A stretch of 64,000 bases of DNA from Deltaproteobacteria bacterium (GCA_023230665.1 JALNWY010000001.1:21031-85030); one strand, 5' to 3'; numbered from the stretch's first letter, positions 51,808 through 61,881 are shown. Notes: a model not told the origin generated them from the sequence alone. Translations and numbers: made by a program.

Positions 51808-54401
51808 AAAAAATGCGGGTTTTTGAATTAGCAAAAGAGTTGAACATCGATGCAAGGGAACTGATGAAGGTTGCAAAAGACCTGGCGATATCGGTCGAGA
51901 ACAATATGAGCCTGATCGATGTGCACGATATCGGAAGGATAAGAAAGCGATTCGTGAAAGAGAGCGAAAAGCAGCCCGATGAGCCTCCGCAGGAATCGTA
52001 TGTTGAGAAGCGTGTCAGTGCAAATGTTATACGACGGAGGGCCCGGGTCGCCCCCCCTCCTGAAAAGCAGGATGCAGAGCCTTCCGAGCCCGAGATAGTG
52101 ACGACCGCCGAAGCCATTGAGGAAAAGCCGGAAAAGAAAGAACGGAAAAAAGCCCCGAAGCTTGCCGAGGAAGAGCAGCCTGTTGCCGGGGAGGCAGAGG
52201 TCCCAGGCGTTCCCGCCGGCGAAGCAGCCGGAGCAGCGCCGGAAACGGCTCCTCAGGAAGAGCCTGTTGCGACACCTTCGGCCCCGGAGCAAAAACCCGA
52301 AGCCCCTGCAGAGGAACAGCCCCGGGAGAAAGAGGTCCCGGAGGAGAAGCCTGGGCCCCGGGAGGAAGAAAAGGAAGCAGAAAAGGGAGAGGAGAAGAAA
52401 AAGAAGGAAAAGAAGAAGGGCAAGAAGGTCAAGGCCCCCGAGGTCGTCGAGGTCCCGGAGGAGGGGGAAGGCGCCGCAGCCCGCCATACGGCAAAGAAGC
52501 CCAAGAAGCCAAAAGAGAAAGAGAAGGAAGTATACACTCAGAGCGATCTCTACGGGTCGGAAAGAACCGCGTTCGGCAAAAAACAGAAGAAACGCAGAGA
52601 TAGAAGGGCCGTCGCACAGCCCATGCAGGCCAAGAAAAAGAAGATCCGTATCGGAAGAGCCGTCATGGTCTCCAGCCTCGCGAAAGAAATGGGGGTGAAG
52701 GCCTCGGATGTCATCCGCATACTCATGGATCTCGGGGTCATGGCCAACCTGAACCAGTATATCACTGCAGACGAGGCATCGTTTGTCGCATCCGAGCTCG
52801 GCTTTGAAGCGGAAGAGGTCCGCGACGAGATCAGGGAAACCTATCTGGTTCCCCCAACCTTTTCACCGGAAGAACTGGAGCCCAGGCCGCCGGTCGTAAC
52901 GGTCATGGGCCACGTCGATCATGGCAAGACCTCCCTGCTGGACGCCATCCGGCAGGAAAATGTCATCGACAGCGAGTATGGCGGAATAACTCAGCATATC
53001 GGAGCATACCAGGCCCGGTGCAACGGGAAGATAATCACCTTCATCGACACGCCCGGGCACGAGGCGTTTACCTCCATGCGTTCGCGGGGGGCTCAGGTGA
53101 CGGACTTCGTGGTGCTCGTGGTGGCCGCGGACGACGGGGTCATGGACCAGACGAAAGAGGCGATAAATCACGCCCGGGCAGCGAACATTCCCATTCTGGT
53201 GGCGGTCAACAAGATCGACAAGCCCGGCGCCAATCCCCAGCGGGTCAGGGAACAGCTTGCAGAGGTCGGGCTCGTCCCGGAAAGCTGGGGCGGCGATACG
53301 ATCTTTGTCGATGTGTCGGCAAAGAACCGTATCGGGATCGACGATCTGCTGGAGATGATCCTTCTGCAGGCAGAGGTTCTGGATATCAAATCCTCCCGGA
53401 AAGACGGGGCGCGGGGCGTCGTGCTGGAGTCCAAACTCGACAAGGCCAGAGGCCCCATGGCAACAGTCCTCATCCAGAGCGGCGAACTCAAGCGCGGCGA
53501 CACCTTTGTGGTGGGTTCCTCATGGGGCAGGGCCAGAGGGGTGTTCGACTTTACCGGGAAGCCCATCTCCCTAGCCGACCCCGCAACCCCGGTTGAGATC
53601 ATCGGATTTTCCGCACTCCCCTCTGCCGGGGACACCTTCTTTGTCGTGCCCAATGAAAAGAAGGCAAAGGACATTGTCTCATATTTCCATGAGAGCGATG
53701 AGATCCAGCGGCAGCAGAGGCAGGAACCCAAGGAAAAGGTCACTCTGGAAGATCTCTACAGTCAGGTGAGAGAAGGAAAGATCAAGGATCTCAACCTCAT
53801 TATCAAGGGAGATGTCCACGGCACCGTAGAGGCCATCCAGAGCACGGTGATGGGGATAGACACCGGCGAAGAGCTGAGGATCAATGTCATCCATTCCGCT
53901 GTCGGAGGCGTCACTGAAAACGACATTCTGCTCGCCTCGACAGCGGACGCCATCGTGGTCGGTTTCAACGTGCGGCCTGAGCCGACCGCCGGTGCCCTGG
54001 CAAAGAAATACAATGTTGAGATAAAACTCTACACCATCATTTATGATCTTATCGAAGACATCAAAAAGGCCCTCAAGGGCATGCTCGAGCCGGTCTACGA
54101 AGAGGTTCTCCAGGGCCGGGCCCAGGTGCGAGATCTGTTCAAGGTGCCCAAAGTCGGCACCATTGCCGGATGCATGGTGACCGAAGGGCAGATCACAAGG
54201 GGAGCCAATGCGCGGCTGCTGCGCGACAACATCGTTGTCTTCGAGGGCAAGGTGGATTCCCTGAAGCGTTTCAAGGAAGATGTCCGCGAGGTACAGAGCG
54301 GCTATGAATGCGGCATCGGCCTGAACGGGTTCAACGACATCAAAACGGGCGACGTCATCGAGGCCTACACCCATCAGAAGGTGGAGGCAGAGATCGAGTG
54401 A
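51804..54401 (+). CDS. infB: Translation initiation factor IF-2
   Basis: Low-complexity Lys/Glu/Pro-rich N-terminus, then GTPase motifs (GHVDHGKTS, DTPGHEAF, NKID) and C-terminal beta-barrels; 865 aa. Confidence 0.95.
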   Translation: MKKMRVFELAKELNIDARELMKVAKDLAISVENNMSLIDVHDIGRIRKRFVKESEKQPDEPPQESYVEKRVSANVIRRRARVAPPPEKQDAEPSEPEIVTTAEAIEEKPEKKERKKAPKLAEEEQPVAGEAEVPGVPAGEAAGAAPETAPQEEPVATPSAPEQKPEAPAEEQPREKEVPEEKPGPREEEKEAEKGEEKKKKEKKKGKKVKAPEVVEVPEEGEGAAARHTAKKPKKPKEKEKEVYTQSDLYGSERTAFGKKQKKRRDRRAVAQPMQAKKKKIRIGRAVMVSSLAKEMGVKASDVIRILMDLGVMANLNQYITADEASFVASELGFEAEEVRDEIRETYLVPPTFSPEELEPRPPVVTVMGHVDHGKTSLLDAIRQENVIDSEYGGITQHIGAYQARCNGKIITFIDTPGHEAFTSMRSRGAQVTDFVVLVVAADDGVMDQTKEAINHARAANIPILVAVNKIDKPGANPQRVREQLAEVGLVPESWGGDTIFVDVSAKNRIGIDDLLEMILLQAEVLDIKSSRKDGARGVVLESKLDKARGPMATVLIQSGELKRGDTFVVGSSWGRARGVFDFTGKPISLADPATPVEIIGFSALPSAGDTFFVVPNEKKAKDIVSYFHESDEIQRQQRQEPKEKVTLEDLYSQVREGKIKDLNLIIKGDVHGTVEAIQSTVMGIDTGEELRINVIHSAVGGVTENDILLASTADAIVVGFNVRPEPTAGALAKKYNVEIKLYTIIYDLIEDIKKALKGMLEPVYEEVLQGRAQVRDLFKVPKVGTIAGCMVTEGQITRGANARLLRDNIVVFEGKVDSLKRFKEDVREVQSGYECGIGLNGFNDIKTGDVIEAYTHQKVEAEIE

Positions 54402-54682
54402 TTATCGGTGCCTGCGAGGTCAGACTCAGGATCATGGGGGCCCGCTCCCTCAAGGAGAAGCGCAAGACCCTCAAATCCATGAAAGACCGTGTTTCCAAGA
54501 TGAACATCTCCGTAGCCGAGGTGGATGATCAGGACAAGTGGCAGGCCGCCACCCTGGGATTTGCCCTGGTCAGCAATGATTCATCATATGTGAACTCGGT
54601 TCTGGACAGGATCTTTTCTTTCCTTTCTGAGTTTCCGGATGTAGAGGTGATTGACCGGAAAATGGAGATCATGCACATATGA
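54398..54682 (+). CDS. DUF503-family protein (YlxP-like)
   Basis: VIIGACEVRLRIMGARSLKEKRK matches the DUF503 N-terminus. The GTG start overlaps the infB stop (GTGA). Confidence 0.55.
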   Translation: MIIGACEVRLRIMGARSLKEKRKTLKSMKDRVSKMNISVAEVDDQDKWQAATLGFALVSNDSSYVNSVLDRIFSFLSEFPDVEVIDRKMEIMHI

Positions 54683-55041
54683 AGCTGGTTACCAAACGGC
54701 AGGCACGGGTCGGCGATCTTATCAAGCAGACTCTTGCCGAGCTCATTCAGCGCAAGGTAAAAGACCCCCGGGTAGACGGGGTGACCATTACCGGTGCCGA
54801 GGTAAGCGTTGATCTCCGGGTGGGGCGGGTGTTTTACTGCGTCTTGGATCCTGATCGGCAGGAACAGGCCCAGCAGGGTCTGCAGAGCGCCGCCGGTTTC
54901 TTGAGGCGCGAGTTGAGCAGGCTGCTTCGGATAAAGCACGTGCCGGAGCTGACATTCATGTACGATGCATCTTTCGATTATGGATCGAGGATAGACGAGA
55001 TTCTGGAAAAGCTTGATAAGGATGAAAAACCGGATAGCTGA
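54679..55041 (+). CDS. rbfA: Ribosome-binding factor A
   Basis: 120 aa with an RVGDLIKQTLAELIQR...DPR pattern. Confidence 0.85.
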   Translation: MKLVTKRQARVGDLIKQTLAELIQRKVKDPRVDGVTITGAEVSVDLRVGRVFYCVLDPDRQEQAQQGLQSAAGFLRRELSRLLRIKHVPELTFMYDASFDYGSRIDEILEKLDKDEKPDS

Positions 55042-55951
55042 AATCATACATCAATACGACCGCTTTGAGATCATCACCCACGAAGGTCCGGACGAGGACG
55101 CCGTCGGCTCAAGCCGGGCACTTGCCCATGCCCTGAACGCCCTGGGAAAGTCCGTGCGCCTGATCTATCCTACCCCCATTCCCGAGCCCCTGCTGTTCAC
55201 CGCAGAGCCCAGGCAGAAAAAGGGGATGGTGCCCGAAATCTCCATCCTCCTCGACGTCTCCGACGTGAAGCTCTTAGGCGGTGTAAACCCGCAGGGAAAG
55301 GTCGTGGTGATCGATCACCACCGCACCAACGGCACATATGGCGAGATATCCTGGATCGACTCGCAGAAATCGTCGGCCTCGGAGATGGTCTATGACCTGA
55401 TACGGGAGCTTGCGGTGGAGATCACCCCGGCGATCGCATCGAACATCTACATGGGTATTTTCGGCGATACCGGCGGGTTTATCCACGCCAACACCTCGCC
55501 CAGGGTGTTCAAGGCAGCCTACGAGCTCACCCAGGTAGGGGCGGATGCGAGCCAGATCGCCTACCGGCTGAAGCGCACCAGGAGCGTGAAATACTATCAC
55601 ATCCTCTGCCTGGTTATGGACAGGCTCGTGCAGTCTGGAAGAATATACGGCAGTTATATCCGCTATCAGGATTTCGGGGCTATCCGCGCAAACCCCGACG
55701 ACGCCTCCGGGATCGTCGAGGAGCTGGCCTCCCTCTCCGGGTCGGAGATGGTGGTGCTCCTGCGTGAATTGAACCCGGACACCGTGCACGGCTCCATCCG
55801 GAGCAAGGGCTCTGATGCAGCGTTGAAAACGGCCCGGGCCTTCGGTGGAGGCGGGCACGGCATGGCCGCAGGATTCACCCAGAAAGGCCGGGCAGACGAA
55901 CTGATCGAACAGGTGATCGAGGAAGGAATGAAGTGGGTAAGCAAGGCGTAG
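55022..55951 (+). CDS. nrnA: DHH-family phosphoesterase (NrnA-like bifunctional oligoribonuclease / pAp phosphatase)
   Basis: DHH motif (HEGPDEDAVGSS ... IDHH) and DHHA1 GGGH motif (FGGGGHGMAAG). ATG at 55022; the longer TTG form starting at 55013 is possible. Confidence 0.7.
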   Translation: MKNRIAEIIHQYDRFEIITHEGPDEDAVGSSRALAHALNALGKSVRLIYPTPIPEPLLFTAEPRQKKGMVPEISILLDVSDVKLLGGVNPQGKVVVIDHHRTNGTYGEISWIDSQKSSASEMVYDLIRELAVEITPAIASNIYMGIFGDTGGFIHANTSPRVFKAAYELTQVGADASQIAYRLKRTRSVKYYHILCLVMDRLVQSGRIYGSYIRYQDFGAIRANPDDASGIVEELASLSGSEMVVLLRELNPDTVHGSIRSKGSDAALKTARAFGGGGHGMAAGFTQKGRADELIEQVIEEGMKWVSKA

Positions 55952-56835
55952 TACTCATAGACAAGCCTAAGGAGATCACATCGCGCAAGGCGGTCGACCA
56001 GGTTATGAAGGCCCTGAAGGTGAAGCGGGCCGGACACTTTGGCTCACTGGACCCCTTTGCCACCGGACTCCTGTGCATCGGCGTCGGGCAGGGCACCAAG
56101 CTGCTGCCTTTCATGCACGCCCACGAGAAGGAGTATCTTGCGATCATCGGGTTCGACATGTTCACCGATACGGACGATGTGACGGGAGAGCCCATCGAGC
56201 ATTTCACCGGCGTCTCCGTGGATGTCGATGCCGTCCGGAAATGGTTTCGCGAACATTCGGGCTGGATCAATCAGATTCCGCCCCGTTACTGCGCCCAGAA
56301 GTTCCAGGGCCGACCCCTGTACAAGCTGACCCGGGCGAATATCGATGTCCCGCCGAGGGAAAAGCAGGTCCATATCGAAAGGGCGGACATCCTGTCCCAC
56401 GGGGCCGACTGGGTGTATGTCCGGATCATCTGCTCCCGCGGGACATACATTCGGTCGATTGCCCGCGACCTTGGGGCTTCCCTGGGATGCGGGGGCTATT
56501 TAAGAGAGTTGAGGAGGCTGCGCAGCGAGGGATTCCACGTGGATGAGGCCATGACGCTGCAGAAGCTGGAAGAGAAGGCGGGGTGCGCAGAAGAGGTCAT
56601 CATCCCCCTTTCGCGGGCGCTGCACATCCAGAAGGTGCGGGTCACCTCCACGGGGCAGAAGGGGATCCTGGACGGAAACCCCATCCAGTCATCCTGGATC
56701 CTCGATACGGTGGAAAGCGTGGAGGGAAACTATGTCGCCGTGGTCAATGGAGAAGACAAGCTTCTCTGCGTGGCACGGCATCAGCCTTCGGGAGGAATCT
56801 GGGGTTATATTGAGCGAGGGTTCCGTCCGGATTAG
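55933..56835 (+). CDS. truB: tRNA pseudouridine(55) synthase
   Basis: HFGSLDPFATG catalytic-Asp motif. GTG start with an AGGAAGG Shine-Dalgarno sequence. Confidence 0.9.
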   Translation: MGKQGVVLIDKPKEITSRKAVDQVMKALKVKRAGHFGSLDPFATGLLCIGVGQGTKLLPFMHAHEKEYLAIIGFDMFTDTDDVTGEPIEHFTGVSVDVDAVRKWFREHSGWINQIPPRYCAQKFQGRPLYKLTRANIDVPPREKQVHIERADILSHGADWVYVRIICSRGTYIRSIARDLGASLGCGGYLRELRRLRSEGFHVDEAMTLQKLEEKAGCAEEVIIPLSRALHIQKVRVTSTGQKGILDGNPIQSSWILDTVESVEGNYVAVVNGEDKLLCVARHQPSGGIWGYIERGFRPD

Positions 56836-56918
56836 CTATTTACAGCAGATCGGATGGTGTGTTAAGTTCCCTCGTTGCCCATAGAAAGAGAACAAACGGT
56901 CATTAGGAGGACAAAGAA

Positions 56919-57188
56919 GTGGGTTTAAGCGTAGAGGAAAAGAAAGAAGTCATCAACCAGTTCAAGAGGCATGAGAGCGATACGGGTTCCCCTGATGTTC
57001 AGGTTGCAATACTGACAAAACGGATCAATATGCTCACCGAGCATTTCAAGGTTCACAACAAAGATCATCATTCCCGCAGAGGGCTGCTGATGCTCGTTGG
57101 ACAGAGGCGGAGGCTTTTGAATTACATAAAAGACCGTGATATCAAAAGATATCGAGAGCTCCTCCAGTCTCTGAACCTCAGGAAGTAG
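56919..57188 (+). CDS. rpsO: 30S ribosomal protein S15
   Basis: 89 aa with the [28 protein letters not shown] pattern. GTG start after an AGGAGG Shine-Dalgarno sequence. Confidence 0.95.
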   Translation: MGLSVEEKKEVINQFKRHESDTGSPDVQVAILTKRINMLTEHFKVHNKDHHSRRGLLMLVGQRRRLLNYIKDRDIKRYRELLQSLNLRK

Positions 57189-57196
57189 GAGATATC

Positions 57197-59284
57197 ATGA
57201 AAATCGAAGCAAGAGGCACCGGCACACCGCTGATCTTTTCCGTGGGAGAAGTAGCCAGACAGGCGGGTGGTTCTGTTCTGGTCCACCAGGGAGGCAGCGT
57301 GGTTCTCGTTACCGCGACCGCAGCCGCCGAAGAGCGCAAGGGCGTGGATTTCCTTCCCCTGGTGGTGGACTATCAGGAGATGAGCTATGCAGCCGGAAGG
57401 ATCAAAGGGGGTTTCATCAAGAGAGACGGCCGTCCCGGCACTCAGGAGATACTCACTGCGCGTGCCATAGACAGGCCCATCCGGCCCCTGTTCCCAAAAG
57501 GTTTCCGCAACGAGACCCAGGTGATTGCCATGGTGCTCTCTGCAGACCCGGCATTCACACCCGACATCCTCGCCCTGAACGGGGCGTCGGCCGCCCTGCA
57601 CATCTCGAACATCCCCTTCAGCAGCCCCATCGGCGGCGCGCGGGTCGGACTCATCGACGGTGAATTCGTTATCGACCCGTCGGTTTCCCAGCTCGAGAAG
57701 AGCCGGTTGGAGCTCATCGTGGTGGGCACGCGCGACGCCATCGTCATGGTTGAGGGAGAGGCGGGAGAGTTGCCGGAGAGCACGGTCCTCAATGCCATCA
57801 AGTTCGCGCATGTCAGGGTCATCGAGGTCATCGATGCGATCGAAGAGCTTCGGGAAAAGGCCGGAAAGCCGAAGATGCCGCATACCCCTCCGAGGGAGAA
57901 CGAGGATCTTTACCGGCAGATCAGGCAGACCATGGCGCCCAAGATCGAGGGCATGGTATCCGGCTCGTATACCAAACAGCAGCGGCACGCGCTCGCCGAT
58001 CAGCTCCGCGCGGAGATCCTCGAGGCCTTCTCAGACCGTACGGAAGAGGAAGACGCCCTGGTCAATGGCGTTTTTGAGGCTGCGGAGAAGGATATCATCC
58101 GGGGCATTATGAAGGAGCGGAAGGTCAGAATCGACGGCAGAAGCTTTGACGAGATCCGGCCAATCGACTGCCGGGTGGGGATACTGCCGCGCACGCATGG
58201 TTCGGCCCTCTTTACGCGGGGTGAGACACAGGCGCTCGCAACCACGACCCTGGGGACCCCGCGGGACGAGCAGCGGGTGGAGACCCTGCTGGGAGAGACG
58301 ACAAAATCGTTCATGCTCCACTACTCATTCCCGCCGTTTTCCGTGGGAGAGGTCCGGATGCTCAGAGGACCGAGCCGGCGTGAAATCGGGCATGGAAATC
58401 TGGCGGAGCGGGCCTTGAGCAAGATGCTGCCCGAAGAAGGCACGTTCCCCTACACCATCAGGCTCGTCTCGGAGATCCTCGAATCCAACGGGTCTTCCTC
58501 CATGGCCACGGTCTGCGGGGGCTCGCTGTCCCTGATGGATGCGGGAGTTCCCATGAAAAAGCCGGTGGCCGGCATCGCCATGGGACTCATCAAAGAGGGT
58601 GAGGAGTACATGGTCCTCACCGATATCCTCGGCGACGAAGACCACCTGGGAGACATGGACTTCAAGGTTGCCGGCACCGCAGACGGGGTGACCGCCCTGC
58701 AGATGGATATCAAGATCTCCGGCCTCCCGGATGCGGTTCTCGGACAGGCCCTGGAAAAGGCCAGAGCGGCCCGGCTTGCCATTCTGGACAAGATGAACCA
58801 GGCCATCAGCGCCCCCCGGGGAGACATCTCCCCCTATGCGCCAAGGGTCTACACGATGAACATCAATCCCGACAAGATCAGAGACGTGATCGGTCCGGGT
58901 GGGAAGATCATCAAGGATATCATCGCCAAGACAGACACCAAAATCGAGATCGACGACTCCGGCCGGGTGGATATCTTCTCTCCAGACGAGGATCACGCAA
59001 AGATGGCAGTGGACATAATCCAGGCCCTCACCAAGGAGATGGAGCTCGGGCGTGTGTACAGCGGCAAGGTGGTCAAGATCATGGACTTCGGCGCCTTTGT
59101 CGATTTCCCGTCCGGAGAGTCCGGGCTGGTTCACATCTCGCAGCTCGCAAACGAGCGGGTGAAGAATGTGCGCGACGTGGTGCAGGAAGGCGACGAGGTC
59201 ATTGTCAAGGTGATCGGCATCGACAGCAAGACCGGGAAGATCCGGCTCAGCAGGAAAGAAGCACTCAACGAAACCAGCCGCTGA
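57197..59284 (+). CDS. pnp: Polyribonucleotide nucleotidyltransferase (PNPase)
   Basis: Two RNase PH domains, a KH domain (GPGGKIIKDI) and an S1 domain; 695 aa. Confidence 0.95.
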   Translation: MKIEARGTGTPLIFSVGEVARQAGGSVLVHQGGSVVLVTATAAAEERKGVDFLPLVVDYQEMSYAAGRIKGGFIKRDGRPGTQEILTARAIDRPIRPLFPKGFRNETQVIAMVLSADPAFTPDILALNGASAALHISNIPFSSPIGGARVGLIDGEFVIDPSVSQLEKSRLELIVVGTRDAIVMVEGEAGELPESTVLNAIKFAHVRVIEVIDAIEELREKAGKPKMPHTPPRENEDLYRQIRQTMAPKIEGMVSGSYTKQQRHALADQLRAEILEAFSDRTEEEDALVNGVFEAAEKDIIRGIMKERKVRIDGRSFDEIRPIDCRVGILPRTHGSALFTRGETQALATTTLGTPRDEQRVETLLGETTKSFMLHYSFPPFSVGEVRMLRGPSRREIGHGNLAERALSKMLPEEGTFPYTIRLVSEILESNGSSSMATVCGGSLSLMDAGVPMKKPVAGIAMGLIKEGEEYMVLTDILGDEDHLGDMDFKVAGTADGVTALQMDIKISGLPDAVLGQALEKARAARLAILDKMNQAISAPRGDISPYAPRVYTMNINPDKIRDVIGPGGKIIKDIIAKTDTKIEIDDSGRVDIFSPDEDHAKMAVDIIQALTKEMELGRVYSGKVVKIMDFGAFVDFPSGESGLVHISQLANERVKNVRDVVQEGDEVIVKVIGIDSKTGKIRLSRKEALNETSR

Positions 59285-59290
59285 TCATTC

Positions 59291-60547
59291 ATGGTGAAAT
59301 CTACGGTTCTCGATAACGGAGTCCGCGTCCTGTCGGCGAAGATGCCCGGGGTGCGCTCCGTTTCTCTGGGCGTCTGGGTCGGCGTAGGCTCGCGGCACGA
59401 CCCTCCGGACAATGCAGGCGTTGCGCACTTTACCGAGCACATGCTCTTCAAGGGTACCAAGAAGCGCAGCGCTCTGCAGATCGCCAAGGAGATCGATGCG
59501 CTGGGCGGTGTTCTCAATGCCCAGACCGCGAAGGAATATACCGTCTACTACACCCGGGTGCTCGACGAGCACCTGGACAAGGCCGCCGACATCCTTTTCG
59601 ATCTCTTTCTCAACTCGCAGATCGATGAAGAGGAACTGGACAAGGAAAAAAAGGTGGTGCTCCAGGAAATCCGGATGACCGAAGACACGCCTGACGACCA
59701 TGTCACCGATCTGTTTGCCGAGGCATTCTTCCCGAGCTCGCCTCTGGGAGTTCCCATTCTCGGAACTGAAGAGGTCGTAGGCTCCTTCCGGAGAGAAAAC
59801 GTTTTAGCGTTTCTCTCCTCCCGCTACACCCCTTCTTCCATCATTATCGCTGCCGTGGGCAGCCTGGATCATGACCGGATCGTCGATCTGGTGCGGTCCA
59901 GGTTCAGCCGCCTGCCCCGTGTACAGGACCCGGAGCCGGAAAAGATATTTCCCGAAAGAAACAGCGGCTCCAGGGTTTTTACCAAGGACATCGAACAGGT
60001 CCACATCACCCTGGGAACCACCGGCCCCTCCATGCTCGATGAAAGGCGATGGGCCTATATCACGCTCAACACCATGCTGGGAGGGTCCATGAGCTCCATG
60101 CTGTTTCAGGAAGCCCGCGAGAAGCTCGGCCTGGTGTATTCCATTTACTCATACGTAAGCTCCTATAGAGACTGCGGCGTCATGGCGGTTTATGCCGCCA
60201 CCACCCCGGACTGCCTCTCTAAGACCATAGAGGTGATCGTGCAGCAGATGTCCAGGGCCAGAGCGGGCGATTTCGGCGGCGCCAGTCTCGAAGATGTGAA
60301 GGAGCAGGTAAAGGGCAATCTCCTCCTCGCCCGGGAGAGCACCGCCCACCGGATGTCTTCCCTTGCACGAAACATGATGTATTACCAGCGTGACGTCACG
60401 GATGAAGAGATCATCGAGAAGATCAGGAAGGTGAGGGTGGAAGATATCGTGAACCTTGCCGAAGCGATTTTTCAGCAAGAGAAGATCACCGCGGTGTATC
60501 TCGGAAAGATCGGGAGGGAAGATGTCCGGGAGGTTGGCCTTCCGTAA
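59291..60547 (+). CDS. M16-family zinc metallopeptidase (insulinase-like)
   Basis: HxxEH inverted zinc motif (HFTEHMLFKG); 418 aa. Confidence 0.8.
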   Translation: MVKSTVLDNGVRVLSAKMPGVRSVSLGVWVGVGSRHDPPDNAGVAHFTEHMLFKGTKKRSALQIAKEIDALGGVLNAQTAKEYTVYYTRVLDEHLDKAADILFDLFLNSQIDEEELDKEKKVVLQEIRMTEDTPDDHVTDLFAEAFFPSSPLGVPILGTEEVVGSFRRENVLAFLSSRYTPSSIIIAAVGSLDHDRIVDLVRSRFSRLPRVQDPEPEKIFPERNSGSRVFTKDIEQVHITLGTTGPSMLDERRWAYITLNTMLGGSMSSMLFQEAREKLGLVYSIYSYVSSYRDCGVMAVYAATTPDCLSKTIEVIVQQMSRARAGDFGGASLEDVKEQVKGNLLLARESTAHRMSSLARNMMYYQRDVTDEEIIEKIRKVRVEDIVNLAEAIFQQEKITAVYLGKIGREDVREVGLP

Positions 60548-60553
60548 GCCATG

Positions 60554-60958
60554 TTACGGAGAGACGTGCCTGATCTCCGTGAAGAACGAAGGCCGGGGAT
60601 TTTCCGCGACAAATCTCTTCCAGGCGGGCCGATCAGATTTGCTGATGAGAATGCCGATGAGGTAGAGGTCTCTCTCGATCGTGTACCCCATGATCGTACC
60701 TGTTACGGTTACGTTCCCGGTGCTTACGGTTACGTCCTGGTTCAGGAGTTTCAAAAGCGTAATCTTGATTCGCGTGGTAGGGGCCTTTATGCAGATTTCA
60801 TGAGGGGAGAAATACTGAGTCTTTCCTTCGAACGAGCAATTTTCCACGGGACAGGATATTTTCAGGTGTATCGACTCATGTCTTCTGTTCAGGCTCAAGT
60901 TCAGGGGAAACATGTTTCTGCTTGCATCTCCTTTCAATAGTATCTTATTCTTCTGCAA
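60554..60958 (-). CDS. Hypothetical protein, lower GC, possibly a degenerate PilZ-like beta-barrel
   Basis: 134-aa ORF convergent with the M16 peptidase gene, 6 nt from its stop. N-x-S-x-x-G motif (NCSFEG) but no intact RxxxR. Contains an internal TTACGGTTACGT direct repeat in the DNA. Confidence 0.35.
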   Translation of the reverse strand: MQKNKILLKGDASRNMFPLNLSLNRRHESIHLKISCPVENCSFEGKTQYFSPHEICIKAPTTRIKITLLKLLNQDVTVSTGNVTVTGTIMGYTIERDLYLIGILISKSDRPAWKRFVAENPRPSFFTEIRHVSP

Positions 60959-60972
60959 GAATGATGCCTGCT

Positions 60973-61881
60973 ATGAGAAACCTGAAGATTATCCTTGCCT
61001 ATGACGGGTCGAACTTTCATGGGTGGCAGTTTCAGACCGCGATGAGGACGGTTCAGGAAACGGTTGAAAAGAGCCTTCAGGATATCCTGGGCCACGAGGT
61101 CAGGGTGACCGCCTCGGGCCGTACCGATGCCGGGGTCCATGCCCTGGGGCAGGTCATCAATTTCCGGACCCGCTCCAGGATTCCGGCCCACGGGCTGCTC
61201 AGGGCATTGAACACCGTGTTCCCCCCGGACCTTTCCGCCCGTGAAGTCCGGGAGGTTTCCCCTGATTTTCATGCCAGATATTTGGCGATTTCCAAGAAAT
61301 ATGTGTATGTCGTTGATATATCCACGATCCCAAGCCCGTTTCTCTCCCGATACGTCATGAATCTGCCGGGCGGGCTCGATGTCCAGGCAATGAGACAGGC
61401 TGCGCATGCACTGAAGGGACAACATGATTTCAGCTCGTTCATGGGTGCGGGATCGTGGGTCAAAACAACGGTCAGGGAGATCTTCGATTTCGAGATATTC
61501 GGCAAAGGTTCCCGAGTGTTCTTCTGTATACGGGGTAGCGGCTTTCTGCGTCATATGGTAAGGAACATCGTGGGCACGCTGATCCCGGTGGGGCAGGCAG
61601 AGATGACACCCCGGGACGTGGAGAGGATCCTTGGGCTCAGGGATCGCACCCAGGCAGGTCCCACGGCGCCTCCGCAGGGGCTCTATCTCGTAGAGGTCGA
61701 GTACGGCGGGCACGGGAAAAGCAGCGATACGGACACGCATCGCCGGCAGGAGGGAGAGCCCGGAACAGGGGCCACCGGCGAGAACAAGAAATGGCTCGAG
61801 GAGGGTTTGAATGATGAGGGGCGTTGTGCTGGCAGGCGGTCTGGGGACGAGGCTGCATCCGCTGACCAAGGTGACCAATAA
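60973..61881 (+). CDS. truA: tRNA pseudouridine(38-40) synthase
   Basis: ILAYDGSNFHGWQ and RTDAGVHALGQV catalytic-Asp motifs. About 50 aa of acidic, low-complexity C-terminal extension overlaps the next gene by 71 nt. Confidence 0.85.
   Translation: MRNLKIILAYDGSNFHGWQFQTAMRTVQETVEKSLQDILGHEVRVTASGRTDAGVHALGQVINFRTRSRIPAHGLLRALNTVFPPDLSAREVREVSPDFHARYLAISKKYVYVVDISTIPSPFLSRYVMNLPGGLDVQAMRQAAHALKGQHDFSSFMGAGSWVKTTVREIFDFEIFGKGSRVFFCIRGSGFLRHMVRNIVGTLIPVGQAEMTPRDVERILGLRDRTQAGPTAPPQGLYLVEVEYGGHGKSSDTDTHRRQEGEPGTGATGENKKWLEEGLNDEGRCAGRRSGDEAASADQGDQ

Noticed and set aside
52100-52560. Highly repetitive Lys/Glu/Pro/Ala-rich DNA with many short ORFs on both strands
   Set aside because: This is the low-complexity N-terminal region of IF-2 and is in frame with infB. 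It is not a separate repeat element.
60690-60750. TTACGGTTACGT repeated twice with a 9-nt spacer; considered as a mini CRISPR or tandem repeat
   Set aside because: Only two copies, inside an ORF, with no leader and no cas genes. Reported as a feature of the hypothetical gene instead.
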